64,000 bases of DNA from Verrucomicrobiia bacterium (GCA_035765895.1 DASTWL010000012.1:38565-102564), one strand, 5' to 3'. Numbered from the stretch's first letter, positions 55,571-64,000 are shown. Notes: generated from the sequence alone by a model not told the origin. Translations and numbers: made by a program.

Positions 55571-56479
55571 ATGCGGAGCGTCGTTAGAATGCCATCACTC
55601 AATCCCATGAAATCTCTCCTCCTTCTGCTGGCCCTGGGGCTGCTGGCCCAGGTTGCGCCGGCGGCCGACAAGAAAATCGTCTTCATTGCGGGCAAGCCCA
55701 GTCACGGCCCGGGGCAGCACGAGCATCGCGCCGGCTGTTTGCTGTTGAAGTCGTGCCTTGACCACGTGCCGGGCGTGACGTCGGTGGTGTATTCCAATGG
55801 CTGGCCGGACCAGCCGCAGGCATTTGACGGCGCGGCGGCCGTGGTCATCTACGCGGACGGCGGTCCCGGGCATCCGCTGCTGCAGGACGATCACCTCAAG
55901 ACGATCGGCGCGTTGATGGACAAGGGCGTGGGGCTGACGTTGCTGCATTACGCGGTGGAACCGACGCGCGAAGCCGGCGAGAAAGAATTGCTCGACTGGG
56001 TCGGCGGCTGTTTCGAGGTGTATTGGTCGGTGAACCCCACGTGGCGGGCCGATTTCAAAGCGCTGCCGCAACATCCGGTCACGCGCGGCGTGCAGCCGTT
56101 CGCCATTCGCGACGAATGGTATTTTCACATGCGGTTCCGGGACGGGATGCGGGGCGTGACGCCCGTGCTGTCGGCTGTGCCCACGCCGGGCACCATCAAA
56201 CGCGACGATGGGCCGCACGAGAACAATCCCACCGTCCGCGCGGCCGTGGAGCGCGGGGACATCCAGCACGTCGCGTGGGTGGCAGAGCGGCCCGGCGGTG
56301 GCCGCGGCTTCGGCTACACGGGCGGACATTACCACGAGAACTGGGGCAACGACCAGGCGCGCAAACTGGTGCTGAACGGCATTCTGTGGACGGCCGGAAT
56401 GGAAATTCCCCCGGACGGTGTGGTCTCCACTGTCACGGAAGAACAGCTCAAGGCGAACCTCGACCCGAAGGGGAACTGA
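55571..56479 (+). CDS. ThuA-domain protein, secreted
   Basis: It has a signal peptide and the sequence KIVFIAGKPSHGPGQHEH typical of PVC ThuA-like proteins. An alternative start is 55607. Confidence 0.75.
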   Translation: MRSVVRMPSLNPMKSLLLLLALGLLAQVAPAADKKIVFIAGKPSHGPGQHEHRAGCLLLKSCLDHVPGVTSVVYSNGWPDQPQAFDGAAAVVIYADGGPGHPLLQDDHLKTIGALMDKGVGLTLLHYAVEPTREAGEKELLDWVGGCFEVYWSVNPTWRADFKALPQHPVTRGVQPFAIRDEWYFHMRFRDGMRGVTPVLSAVPTPGTIKRDDGPHENNPTVRAAVERGDIQHVAWVAERPGGGRGFGYTGGHYHENWGNDQARKLVLNGILWTAGMEIPPDGVVSTVTEEQLKANLDPKGN

Positions 56480-56488
56480 ACCCGCCGC

Positions 56489-57520
56489 TTACAGCGCGTT
56501 CAACACATCCACCAGTTGCCGCAGCCGGCCGTAATCGCGGCGGTTGAAGCCAAACGCGATGCGCGGCAGATCGAGATGATTGCCGTCCTCGATCTCCTCC
56601 TCGGTGGGCGTCACGATCTTGATGGGGTCGCCGGTGATGATGTCGGCAAAGTCCTCGTTCATGGCGGCAAGCGCGGTGGCGGACGGCGCGTGTTTCAGCC
56701 GGATCACCAGCAGGTCCTTCACGAACCGGCTGGAGTGAAAGTTGCGGTAAAAGCGCGTGATGATCTTCACCGCGTCGTCCGTGCTGTCCGTGATTTGGTA
56801 AAGGTTCAAATCGTCGGGCGAGATGAGTTCGTCGCGCAGCAGGTGTTCGCGGATGTTCTTGTCCCACGTCTTCCAATACGTGCCGCCCGGCCGGTCAATC
56901 AGCACCAGCGGCATGAGCTGGCTCTTGCCCGTCTGCATCAGCGTGATGGCCTCGTAGCCTTCATCCATTGTGCCGAACCCGCCGGGGAACAGCGCGATGG
57001 CGTCCGAATGCCGGATGAAGATGAGCTTCCGGGTGAAGAAATACTTGAACGTGACGAGCTTCTTGTCCTGGGCGATGACGGGGTTGGCGGATTGTTCCCA
57101 CGGCAGGCGGATGTTCACGCCGAAGCTGTTTTCCACGCCCGCCCCCTCGTGGCCGGCCTGCATGATGCCCGGGCCCGCGCCGGTGATGACCATCCAGCCC
57201 GCGTTGACGATCTTCCGTCCGAAGTCCACGGCCTGCTGGTATTCGCGCTTCGTCGTTTCCGTCCGGGCGGAGCCGAAAATCGTGACCTTGCGTTTGCTGG
57301 CGTAGGGCGCGAACAACTTGAACGCGTAACGCAGTTCGCGCAGTGCCGTCTGGATGACCCGCACGTCGCCGCTGTCCTCCACGTCGGTCAGCAGCTTCAA
57401 CGCATTCTCCATGATGTCCGCGACCGCCGTCTCGTTGTGGCCGCCACCCTTGCAGGCAATCAATTCCGCGATGCGCCGTTTCAGCTCGGGATCCCCCGGC
57501 GCCTTCTCAACTTTTTTCAT
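56489..57520 (-). CDS. LOG/TIGR00730-family nucleotide 5'-monophosphate nucleosidase (PpnN-like long form)
   Basis: It has VTIFGSAR...GWMVITGAGPGIMQAGHEGA...PGGFGTMDE. I prefer the start at MKKVEK (57520); the upstream extension is non-coding-like. Confidence 0.8.
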   Translation of the reverse strand: MKKVEKAPGDPELKRRIAELIACKGGGHNETAVADIMENALKLLTDVEDSGDVRVIQTALRELRYAFKLFAPYASKRKVTIFGSARTETTKREYQQAVDFGRKIVNAGWMVITGAGPGIMQAGHEGAGVENSFGVNIRLPWEQSANPVIAQDKKLVTFKYFFTRKLIFIRHSDAIALFPGGFGTMDEGYEAITLMQTGKSQLMPLVLIDRPGGTYWKTWDKNIREHLLRDELISPDDLNLYQITDSTDDAVKIITRFYRNFHSSRFVKDLLVIRLKHAPSATALAAMNEDFADIITGDPIKIVTPTEEEIEDGNHLDLPRIAFGFNRRDYGRLRQLVDVLNAL

Positions 57521-57626
57521 AAGCGAAGGACTAATTACGCGACGAGGCGGGGAAAAGCAAACGGCGCGCGGCGAATGCGCGGTTGAAGTTGTCCACAGGA
57601 TATTCCAGTGTGCGGCTGCGTGACGC

Positions 57627-58205
57627 ATGAACTGGCTGGCCCATTTGCACCTGTCCGAACCGTCGCCGGAGTTCCGGCTCGGCAACGTGTTGCCGGACCT
57701 GCTGGGCGTGCGCGAACTGGCGTCGCTGCCGGCGGAATTCCAGCGCGGCGTGACGTGCCACCGGCGCATTGACGCCTTCACCGACGCGCATCCCTGCTTC
57801 CGGCAAAGCGTCGCCCGGCTGGCGCCGCCGTTCTGCCGCTTCGGCGGCATCATCATGGACGTGTTTTACGATCACCTCCTGGCCGTGAACTGGCCGGGGT
57901 TCTCGCCACACCCGCTGCGCCGGTGCTTGGACGAGTTTTACGCGTCGTTTGCGCCGCAGCGCTCCAGGTTGCCCGCGGCAGTCTGGCCGGTGCTGGAGCG
58001 GATGCGGGAGCAGGACTGGCTCGGCTCCTACGGCGATCTGGCCGGCGTGAGGCTTGCGCTCAACCGCATTGGCTGCCGCCTGAGTCAACCCCGCGAACTC
58101 GGCGCCTGCGGGCCCGAACTGGAACGGAATTATGCCGTGTTGGCGGACGATTTTGCGAGGTTTTACCCGGAATTGCGGGCGCACGTTGCGTTGTCCGGCG
58201 GTTAA
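57627..58205 (+). CDS. acpH: acyl carrier protein phosphodiesterase
   Basis: The N-terminus MNWLAHLHLS......GN.LPD matches the AcpH signature. The protein is 192 aa. Confidence 0.8.
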   Translation: MNWLAHLHLSEPSPEFRLGNVLPDLLGVRELASLPAEFQRGVTCHRRIDAFTDAHPCFRQSVARLAPPFCRFGGIIMDVFYDHLLAVNWPGFSPHPLRRCLDEFYASFAPQRSRLPAAVWPVLERMREQDWLGSYGDLAGVRLALNRIGCRLSQPRELGACGPELERNYAVLADDFARFYPELRAHVALSGG

Positions 58206-58284
58206 TTTTGTCCCCGCCGCCGGGGCCGTTCATTGACCCGCCCGCCGCCCGTTGTTAGTGTGCGCGGCACTTTTTAAGGCGCTC

Positions 58285-61200
58285 ATGGACTATAAAGAAA
58301 CGCTGAATTTGCCGCGCACGGACTTTCCAATGAAGGCCGACCTGGTCACCCGCGAGCCGGAACGGCTCAACCAGTGGCAGGCCAGCCGGCTTTACGAACG
58401 CATCCAGGCCTCGCGGGCCAACGCGCCCCGGTTCGTGCTGCACGACGGCCCGCCGTTTGCCAATGGCGACGTCCACATCGGCACGGCGCTGAACAAGATT
58501 CTCAAGGACATCATCCTCAAATACCAGACCCTGCGCGGGAAGCGGGCGCCTTACATCCCGGGCTGGGATTGCCACGGGCTGCCCATCGAATTCAAGGTCT
58601 CGCAGGAAATGCGCAAGGCTGGCAACACCGACGCCGATGCGGCGACCATTCGCAAGGCGTGCGAGGCTTACGCGCGCAAATACATCGACATCCAGCGCGA
58701 ACAATTCAAACGCCTCGGCGTGTTGGGCGATTGGGACCATCCCTACCTCACGCTCAACAAGGAATATGAGGCGGACGAATTGCGCCTGTTCGCGGACATC
58801 GTGGAGCAGGGTTTTGTTTATCGCGGCAAAAAGCCGGTGTATTGGAGCATTCCGTGCCGCACCGCGCTGGCCGAGGCGGAAGTGGAATACCAGGACCACG
58901 TCAGCCAGAGCGTGTTTGTGAAATTCCCGGTCGTTGGGCAGCCGAAGACCTTTGTCGTGATCTGGACCACCACACCCTGGACGTTGCCGGCGAACCTTGC
59001 GGTCGCCTACAACGCCAGTTTCCAATACGTGCAGGCCGAAGTGGCGGGCGAAACCTACATCCTGTTTCGGGACCTGCTGCCGCAGGTGGCGGACAAATGC
59101 GGCTGGAGCAGCTTCAGCCAGCGTGACCTGCCCACCGAAGCCCTGGCGAAGCTGGTGTATCAGCATCCGTTCTGCGATCGCACAGGCCGGCTGTTCCCGG
59201 CGGAGTTTGTCACGAGCGACACGGGCACGGGCTTCGTGCACATCGCGCCCGGGCACGGCCTGGAGGACTACGGCCTCGGCCGGCAGGTCGGGCTGCCGGT
59301 TTACTCGCCGGTGGACGACAATGGCTGCCTGACCTACACCAACGACCTGCCAATGGAGCAACAGATGCCGCCCGAAATGGCCGGCAAATCCATCCTCGAA
59401 AAACACGGCAAGAGCGACGCGAATGAAGCCGTGCTGCACGAATTGCGCGTGCGCCATGCGTTGCTGCATCAGGAGAATTACCACCACAGCTACCCGCATT
59501 GCTGGCGCAGCAAGACGCCGGTCATTTTCCGCGCGATGGACCAGTGGTTCATCAAGATTGACCACGCCGTAGTGGGACAGGCGTCTCGCCTGTCCAGCGA
59601 GCGTTCCAACGCGAGCAGTGCTGGCGACGCGCAACCGGAAAGGCAAGATGCCTGTCCCACTTTCCGCCAGCGAGCTCTCGCCGAGATTGATGCCGTGAAG
59701 TGGATTCCGGACTGGGGCATCAACCGCATCAAGAGTGCCGTGCAGACGCGTCCCGACTGGTGCATCAGCCGGCAGCGCACGTGGGGCGTGCCGATTCCGG
59801 CCTTTTACGACGCGCAGGGCGAGCCCCTGCTCGATGCCCGCGTCGTCCGCAACGTGGCGCAGCTCATCGAGCAGCACGGCAGCAACGTGTGGTTTGAAAA
59901 GGACGCCGCGGAACTGTGGTCCCTGGTGAAGCCCGCGGATTGGAACGGTCCGGAAGCCGTGGCCAAGTCCGGCGACACGCTCGACGTGTGGATTGATTCC
60001 GGCAGCTCGTCACGCGCGGTGCTGATGCAGCGCCCGGAACTTTCCCGCTCCGCACTTCGCACTCCGCACTCCGCACCCGACTGGCAGGCCGACATGTATT
60101 TCGAAGGCTCGGACCAGCACCGCGGCTGGTTCCAGAGTTCGCTCCTGCTCTCGCTGGCCGGCAATGGCGCCGCGCCGTTCAAGACCGTGCTCACGCATGG
60201 CTTCATGGTGGACGCCGACCGCGAAAAGATTTCCAAGAGCAAGCAGGGCGGCTACGAGAAGCCGCAGACCGCCGAGGCCTACGTGAAGAAGTGGGGCGCC
60301 GACGTCGTGCGCCTCTGGGTGTCGTCGCAGGATTTCCGCAACGACATCGTCGTGAGCGAGGAACGCATCAACAAGGTGGGCGAAACCTACCGCGGCATCC
60401 GCAACGCGTTGCGTTACCAGCTATCGAATCTCTATGACTTCGACCCGGCAAAACATACCGTGGCGGACGATAAACTGACCGGCCTGGACCGCTGGATTCT
60501 CGCCGAGTTCAGCAAGGTGGAGGCGGACGTGCTCAAGGCCTACGACGCGCAGGAGTTCCACGTCGTTTACCAGAAGCTCAGCCAGTTCATCGCGGTGGAG
60601 CTGTCCTCGGTCTATCACGATGTGATCAAAGACCGGATGTATACCGACGCCGCCAACTCTGCTCGCCGCCGCTCGACGCAGACGGCGTTGCATCGGTTGG
60701 TAATGGGCTTGTGCAAAATGCTCGCGCCGATTCTCGCATTCACGGCGGACGAAGCGTGGGCCTTCATTCCCGGCAAGCCGACGGAAACGGTGCATGAAGC
60801 AGAGTTGAAGTCGGCGAGTTTCGTTTTGTCAGAAGCGGAACAAGCCAGTTGGAAGATGCTCTTCGAACTGCGCAATTCTGCTCTTCCCCAACTGGAGAAA
60901 GCGCGCCAAGGCAAGCAGATCGGGAAATCACTCGAAGCTGCACTTGAGCTTCATGTGCCAAACGCATTGAAGGAGGTTGTAGCAGGTCCAATTCAAACCG
61001 AGGCTGCTGTTATCTGCGAGACTCCAACTGGGCACGGCTACTCTCAAGAATACATTTCTTTATGGCCTTCATTCCTCAAGGAGGAATGGCGAGTCCAGAT
61101 CCAGGAGTTGTTTGGCGTTTCCCAGTTCGCTTATCAGTTCGAGCAAACGAAGCGCCTCTGGTTTGTTGTCAAGAAAGCCGATGGCCAGAAGTGCGAGCGC

Positions 61201-61293
61201 TGCTGGCATTGGGAAACTGATGTGGGTTCCAGCCCAGAGCATCCCACCATTTGCGCCCGTTGCGTCGAGGCGGTGAAGCAGTTCAAAGCCTGA
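58285..61293 (+). CDS. ileS: isoleucine--tRNA ligase
   Basis: It has PFANGDVHIGT (HIGH region), KISKSK (KMSKS), a CP1 editing domain, and C-terminal Zn-finger cysteines (CERCW..CARC). The start is at MDYKETLNLP. It contains an in-frame repeat at 59571-59661 and a lower-G+C 3' end from about 60790. Confidence 0.93.
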   Translation: MDYKETLNLPRTDFPMKADLVTREPERLNQWQASRLYERIQASRANAPRFVLHDGPPFANGDVHIGTALNKILKDIILKYQTLRGKRAPYIPGWDCHGLPIEFKVSQEMRKAGNTDADAATIRKACEAYARKYIDIQREQFKRLGVLGDWDHPYLTLNKEYEADELRLFADIVEQGFVYRGKKPVYWSIPCRTALAEAEVEYQDHVSQSVFVKFPVVGQPKTFVVIWTTTPWTLPANLAVAYNASFQYVQAEVAGETYILFRDLLPQVADKCGWSSFSQRDLPTEALAKLVYQHPFCDRTGRLFPAEFVTSDTGTGFVHIAPGHGLEDYGLGRQVGLPVYSPVDDNGCLTYTNDLPMEQQMPPEMAGKSILEKHGKSDANEAVLHELRVRHALLHQENYHHSYPHCWRSKTPVIFRAMDQWFIKIDHAVVGQASRLSSERSNASSAGDAQPERQDACPTFRQRALAEIDAVKWIPDWGINRIKSAVQTRPDWCISRQRTWGVPIPAFYDAQGEPLLDARVVRNVAQLIEQHGSNVWFEKDAAELWSLVKPADWNGPEAVAKSGDTLDVWIDSGSSSRAVLMQRPELSRSALRTPHSAPDWQADMYFEGSDQHRGWFQSSLLLSLAGNGAAPFKTVLTHGFMVDADREKISKSKQGGYEKPQTAEAYVKKWGADVVRLWVSSQDFRNDIVVSEERINKVGETYRGIRNALRYQLSNLYDFDPAKHTVADDKLTGLDRWILAEFSKVEADVLKAYDAQEFHVVYQKLSQFIAVELSSVYHDVIKDRMYTDAANSARRRSTQTALHRLVMGLCKMLAPILAFTADEAWAFIPGKPTETVHEAELKSASFVLSEAEQASWKMLFELRNSALPQLEKARQGKQIGKSLEAALELHVPNALKEVVAGPIQTEAAVICETPTGHGYSQEYISLWPSFLKEEWRVQIQELFGVSQFAYQFEQTKRLWFVVKKADGQKCERCWHWETDVGSSPEHPTICARCVEAVKQFKA
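59571..59661. repeat. hairpin-pair (MITE/REP-like) palindromic element inside ileS
   Basis: AGTGGGACAGGCGTCTCGCCTGTCC ... GGAAAGGCAAGATGCCTGTCCCACT has the same termini as the malQ copy. It is translated in frame as VGQASRLSS..ERQDACPT. Confidence 0.75.
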
Positions 61294-61325
61294 ATTTCGG
61301 AGGTGAGAATTTGGTTGGTCGCTCT

Positions 61326-61475
61326 CCCTCATCCCGGCCTTCTCCCCAAGGAGAAGGAGAATTATTCGCCGGTTTTCTGAAAGATCGAGTGACTGGATTT
61401 GCCCGGCGACCTGTCGCAAAACCAAACACGCATCGGCGCGGTTCCTTCTCCCGGGGGAGAAGGTCAGGATGAGGG
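61326..61475. repeat. MITE-like element with ~32-bp terminal inverted repeats (CCTGACC-hairpin family)
   Basis: The left arm is ccctcatcccggccttctccccaaggagaagg. The right arm is ccttctcccgggggagaaggtcaggatgaggg, whose reverse complement is nearly identical to the left arm. Each arm has its own hairpin. The element lies 33 nt after the ileS stop. Confidence 0.7.
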
Positions 61476-61701
61476 CGGGCAACACACCATTTGCAGATCA
61501 GGCGCATTGTATTGTCGGCCTCCGAAAGCGGAGCTGAAGCGGCAGCACTCCAGGTGCTGTCGCGTTTAGATGGTAGGTGACGACGTAAGGAGTCTCACTT
61601 TAGAAACCGGCAGGGAGATTAACAGGCGAATGGGGAGAAACGAATTGAGGATAAGTTAGAGACTCGCCACCCCGTCTCCTACCATTGTTAAGGCGCTTCG
61701 C

Positions 61702-62136
61702 TCAATCCCGTTCCACGGCGTCCGGCAGTTCGTTCTTGTCGTCGGTGCGGCGGGGGAAATGTTCGCCCAGCAGGGTGCCGGCTTTTTGTATGGCACTGAC
61801 GATGCCCTGAGTGAATTCAGACTTCCGGAAGTGCGCGGTCATTTCCTCGGCCACCGCGCGCCAAAATGCTTCCCCGCACTTTTCATGCACGCCCTGGTCG
61901 CCGAGGATGGCAAACTTGCGTGAGCGTGGGGCCACGAAAATCAGCACGCCGTTGCGCTGCGCGGTGTTCGTCATGCCCAGGCGGGCAAATTCCTGTTGCG
62001 CGGCCACGAGCGGATCGGCGGCTTCACGGCGGCTGATGAAGACGCGGATTTCGCCGGACGTCTTCGCCTCAGCCGCCCGAATCGCGGTCACGATGGGCTC
62101 GTCGTGCAGGTGTTTGATGAATTCCTTGTCCTTCAT
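61702..62136 (-). CDS. TPM-domain protein (cytoplasmic-type, third gene of the lemA operon)
   Basis: I prefer the start at MKDKEF (62136). The sequence SGEIRVFI....A........F..LGM.....NGVLIFVA...R.FAILGD is typical of TPM/DUF477. Confidence 0.75.
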   Translation of the reverse strand: MKDKEFIKHLHDEPIVTAIRAAEAKTSGEIRVFISRREAADPLVAAQQEFARLGMTNTAQRNGVLIFVAPRSRKFAILGDQGVHEKCGEAFWRAVAEEMTAHFRKSEFTQGIVSAIQKAGTLLGEHFPRRTDDKNELPDAVERD

Positions 62137-62137
62137 G

Positions 62138-62896
62138 TCACCAGCTCCCTCCGGCGCCGCCGCCGCCAAAACTGCCGCCGCCCCCCGAGAACCCGCCTCC
62201 GGAAAATCCGCCGCCCGAGAAGCCACCGCCACCACCGGACCACCCTCCGCCGCTGCCCCAACCACCGCTGCTGTAGAAAAAGCCGCGCCGGCGGCGGGGA
62301 GACAGGAGTGAGAGAATGATGAAGCCCGCGATGATGAGGAAAAAGAGGAGCTGCGGGTTGAAGCCGTGCGAATGCGCGTCGGCGACCGTCTGGCCGGTGC
62401 CCTTGTATTCACCTTTGGTCGCGGCGAGGATGGCGTTCACCCCCGCGGTCAGTCCGCCGGCAAAGTCGCCATTGCGAAAGCGGGGCGTGATTTCGTCGTC
62501 GATGATGCGTTTGCACAGCGCATCGGGCAGCGCGCCTTCGAGACCGTAGCCGACCTGCAAATACAGCTTGTGATCCTGGACGAACACGAACAGCACCGCG
62601 CCGTTGTCCTGCTTTTGCCGGCCGACTTTCCACGCCTGGGCGACGCGGACCGTGTAATCCTCAATTGAGGAGTCCGACTGCATCCTGGGGTAGATGGCGA
62701 CCAGAATCTGGCTGGACGTCTGGCGCTCGAAGTTCTCCAGCGTCTGGTTCAGTTGCTGCCGCGTGCCGGGCGAAACGACGTTGGCATAGTCATTGAAGTA
62801 TTGCGCCGGCACCGGCGGGATGACCTCCGCCGCAAATGCGCCGCCGCCCAGCAGCGCGAGCAGCAGGACGGTGAACAGGCGTTGGACAGCCTTCAC
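62138..62896 (-). CDS. TPM-domain protein, YgcG-like, with a TM helix and Gly-rich tail
   Basis: It has a signal peptide and a TPM core (YFNDYANVVSP..QILVAIYP...GAVLFVFVQDHKLYLQVGYGLEG). A TM helix is followed by a GGGWSGGGGGFSGGGFSGGGF tail. Confidence 0.85.
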   Translation of the reverse strand: MKAVQRLFTVLLLALLGGGAFAAEVIPPVPAQYFNDYANVVSPGTRQQLNQTLENFERQTSSQILVAIYPRMQSDSSIEDYTVRVAQAWKVGRQKQDNGAVLFVFVQDHKLYLQVGYGLEGALPDALCKRIIDDEITPRFRNGDFAGGLTAGVNAILAATKGEYKGTGQTVADAHSHGFNPQLLFFLIIAGFIILSLLSPRRRRGFFYSSGGWGSGGGWSGGGGGFSGGGFSGGGFSGGGGSFGGGGAGGSW

Positions 62897-63522
62897 TTCG
62901 CGGGTGTCGTCGCGGGTTGGTTGAAGTCAAAGTTCACCTTCGGCGGCGTCTCGGCGCCGGTCGTGGCGGTGAAGAAGGGGCGCTCCTTGAAGCCGAGCGC
63001 GCCGGCGTAGAACACCGTCGGTGCCGACTTGATGGTGGCGTTGTAGGTCTGCACGGCCTCGTTGAAGCGGCCGCGTTCGACAGAAATGCGGTTTTCCGTG
63101 CCTTCAAGCTGCGCTTGCAGGTCGCGAAAATTCGCGGTGGCCTTGAGGTCCGGATAGCGTTCCGCCACGACCAGCAGCCGCGAGAGCGCGGAGGACAGGC
63201 CCTGCTGCGCCCGGTCGAACTGCGCCAGCGTTGCGGCGTCGGTGGGCGCCTTGCTCGCGTCAATTTTGACCTGGCCCACGGAGGCACGCGCGGCGGTCAC
63301 TTCCGTGATGGTGGATTTCTCAAAGTTGGCGGCGCCGGATACGGTGGCGACGAGGTTGGGGATGAGGTCCGCGCGGCGCTGATAAACATTCTGCACCTGC
63401 GCCCATTGCGCGTCGGTGGCGGTTTGCAGCCGGACCAGCCGGTTGTAGCTGCCAAAGGCCACCATGACGAGGAGCACTATCAGGCCGAGCACGATGCCGA
63501 GAGCGATGACGAGTTTTTTCAT
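62893..63522 (-). CDS. lemA: LemA family protein
   Basis: It has an N-terminal TM helix. YNRLV......W.QV.NVYQRRADLIPNLV is the LemA signature. Its stop overlaps the next start (ATGA). Confidence 0.9.
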   Translation of the reverse strand: MKKLVIALGIVLGLIVLLVMVAFGSYNRLVRLQTATDAQWAQVQNVYQRRADLIPNLVATVSGAANFEKSTITEVTAARASVGQVKIDASKAPTDAATLAQFDRAQQGLSSALSRLLVVAERYPDLKATANFRDLQAQLEGTENRISVERGRFNEAVQTYNATIKSAPTVFYAGALGFKERPFFTATTGAETPPKVNFDFNQPATTPAK

Positions 63523-63689
63523 AACGTTGCGCCCACGGTATCGCGGCGCCGGCGGCTGACAATTACAATTACCGCCGGCAATTCAAATGGGACGCGCGGC
63601 GGCGCGCCACGGCCGGCGGACTGCTGCCGGATTCATGGCTTGCCGCGGCGGTTTGAGTGCTGTTAAACCCTCCGCGCATCAAACACCAC

Positions 63690-64000
63690 ATGGACCCGGC
63701 CAAAACTCCTGCGCGCAATCCGTGGGCGTGGATTCCTTCGCTCTACTTCGCCGAGGGGCTGCCCTACGTGGTGGTCATGACGGTGTCCGTGATCATGTTC
63801 AAGGGGCTGGGCCTGTCGAACACGGACGTGGCGCTCTACACGAGCTGGCTTTACCTGCCGTGGGTCATCAAACCGCTGTGGAGTCCGATGGTGGACCTTT
63901 TGCGGACGCGCCGCTGGTGGATTTGGTGCATGCAACTGATCATCGGCGCCGGCTTTGCGGGCGTGGCGCTGGCCCTGCCCACGCCGCATTTCGTGCGGGC
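63690..64000 (+). CDS. AmpG-like MFS permease, N-terminal part; the gene runs off the window
   Basis: My own translation from the ATG at 63690 is MDPAKTPARNPWAWIPSLYFAEGLPYVVVMTVSVIMFKGLGLSNTDVALYTSWLYLPWVIKPLWSPMVDL. The KPLWSPxxD motif is characteristic of AmpG/muropeptide-type MFS transporters. It is absent from the ORF track because no stop lies within the window. Confidence 0.65.
   Translation, partial: MDPAKTPARNPWAWIPSLYFAEGLPYVVVMTVSVIMFKGLGLSNTDVALYTSWLYLPWVIKPLWSPMVDLLRTRRWWIWCMQLIIGAGFAGVALALPTPHFVR

Noticed and set aside
58255-59877. 540-aa minus-strand ORF opposite the ileS 5' half
   Set aside because: It is a shadow ORF antisense to the IleRS catalytic core.
61251-61507. 73-74-aa ORFs on both strands over the MITE-like element
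   Set aside because: They are translations of an inverted repeat (SPSPWGEGRDEGE-type low complexity), a classic false gene call.
61478-61560. Possible displaced remnant of the original ileS 3' end (shared caccatttgc, reading HTIC.. versus HPTICARC)
   Set aside because: Only a 10-nt identity and 3-4 residues match, and no downstream similarity to the IleRS tail follows. Unlike the tyrS remnant, this is within chance expectation.
62150-62290. Gly-rich nucleotide repetition (GGGGFSGGGFSGGGF coding region) considered as a tandem repeat or slippage locus
   Set aside because: It is the characteristic Gly-rich C-terminal tail of YgcG-type TPM proteins. It is coding low complexity rather than an independent repeat feature.
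1-64000. Searched for CRISPR arrays, rRNA genes, integrases, transposases and prophage genes
   Set aside because: No regularly spaced direct repeats, no rRNA-like conserved blocks, and no recombinase-like ORFs were seen. The rearranged regions therefore lack any identifiable mobility gene within this window.

Overview
High-G+C chromosomal segment. The gene content looks Verrucomicrobiota/PVC-like: a prepilin-type DUF1559 (H-X9-DG) protein, DUF1080, ThuA, secreted LamG/FN3 proteins, and an ECF sigma/anti-sigma/DUF3106 trio. This taxonomic call is inference only. I support about 55 protein genes. Most are housekeeping: tyrS, rpsA, argF, folC, kup, pyrG, kdsB, gmhB, malQ, glnD, aat, clpS, prc, ileS, acpH and lemA-TPM-TPM. 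I also support one tRNA-Leu(CAG), two intrinsic terminators, a candidate c-di-AMP (ydaO-type) riboswitch in the kup leader, and two families of short hairpin/MITE-like repeats. I saw no rRNA, CRISPR array, integrase or transposase. Many long ORFs in the track are antisense shadow ORFs typical of high-G+C DNA and are rejected. The stand-out locus is 48.1-53.2 kb. It has three small helical proteins, two with a W-x-D-x5-F-x3-[FY] motif at WXG100 spacing and one with a literal W-E-G. These are followed by a 1332-aa membrane-anchored ATPase with three FtsK/SpoIIIE-like modules. That pairing is the core signature of type VII (WXG100) secretion, here in a presumably diderm genome with no other known T7SS parts nearby. 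Other points worth a second look follow. The 3' ends of tyrS and ileS both sit in visibly lower-G+C DNA. For tyrS, a displaced remnant of the original 3' end survives about 1.5 kb away, beside a truncated serine-protease gene. A palindromic hairpin-pair element is inserted in frame inside both malQ and ileS. A clpS/unknown/aat N-degron operon is also present.
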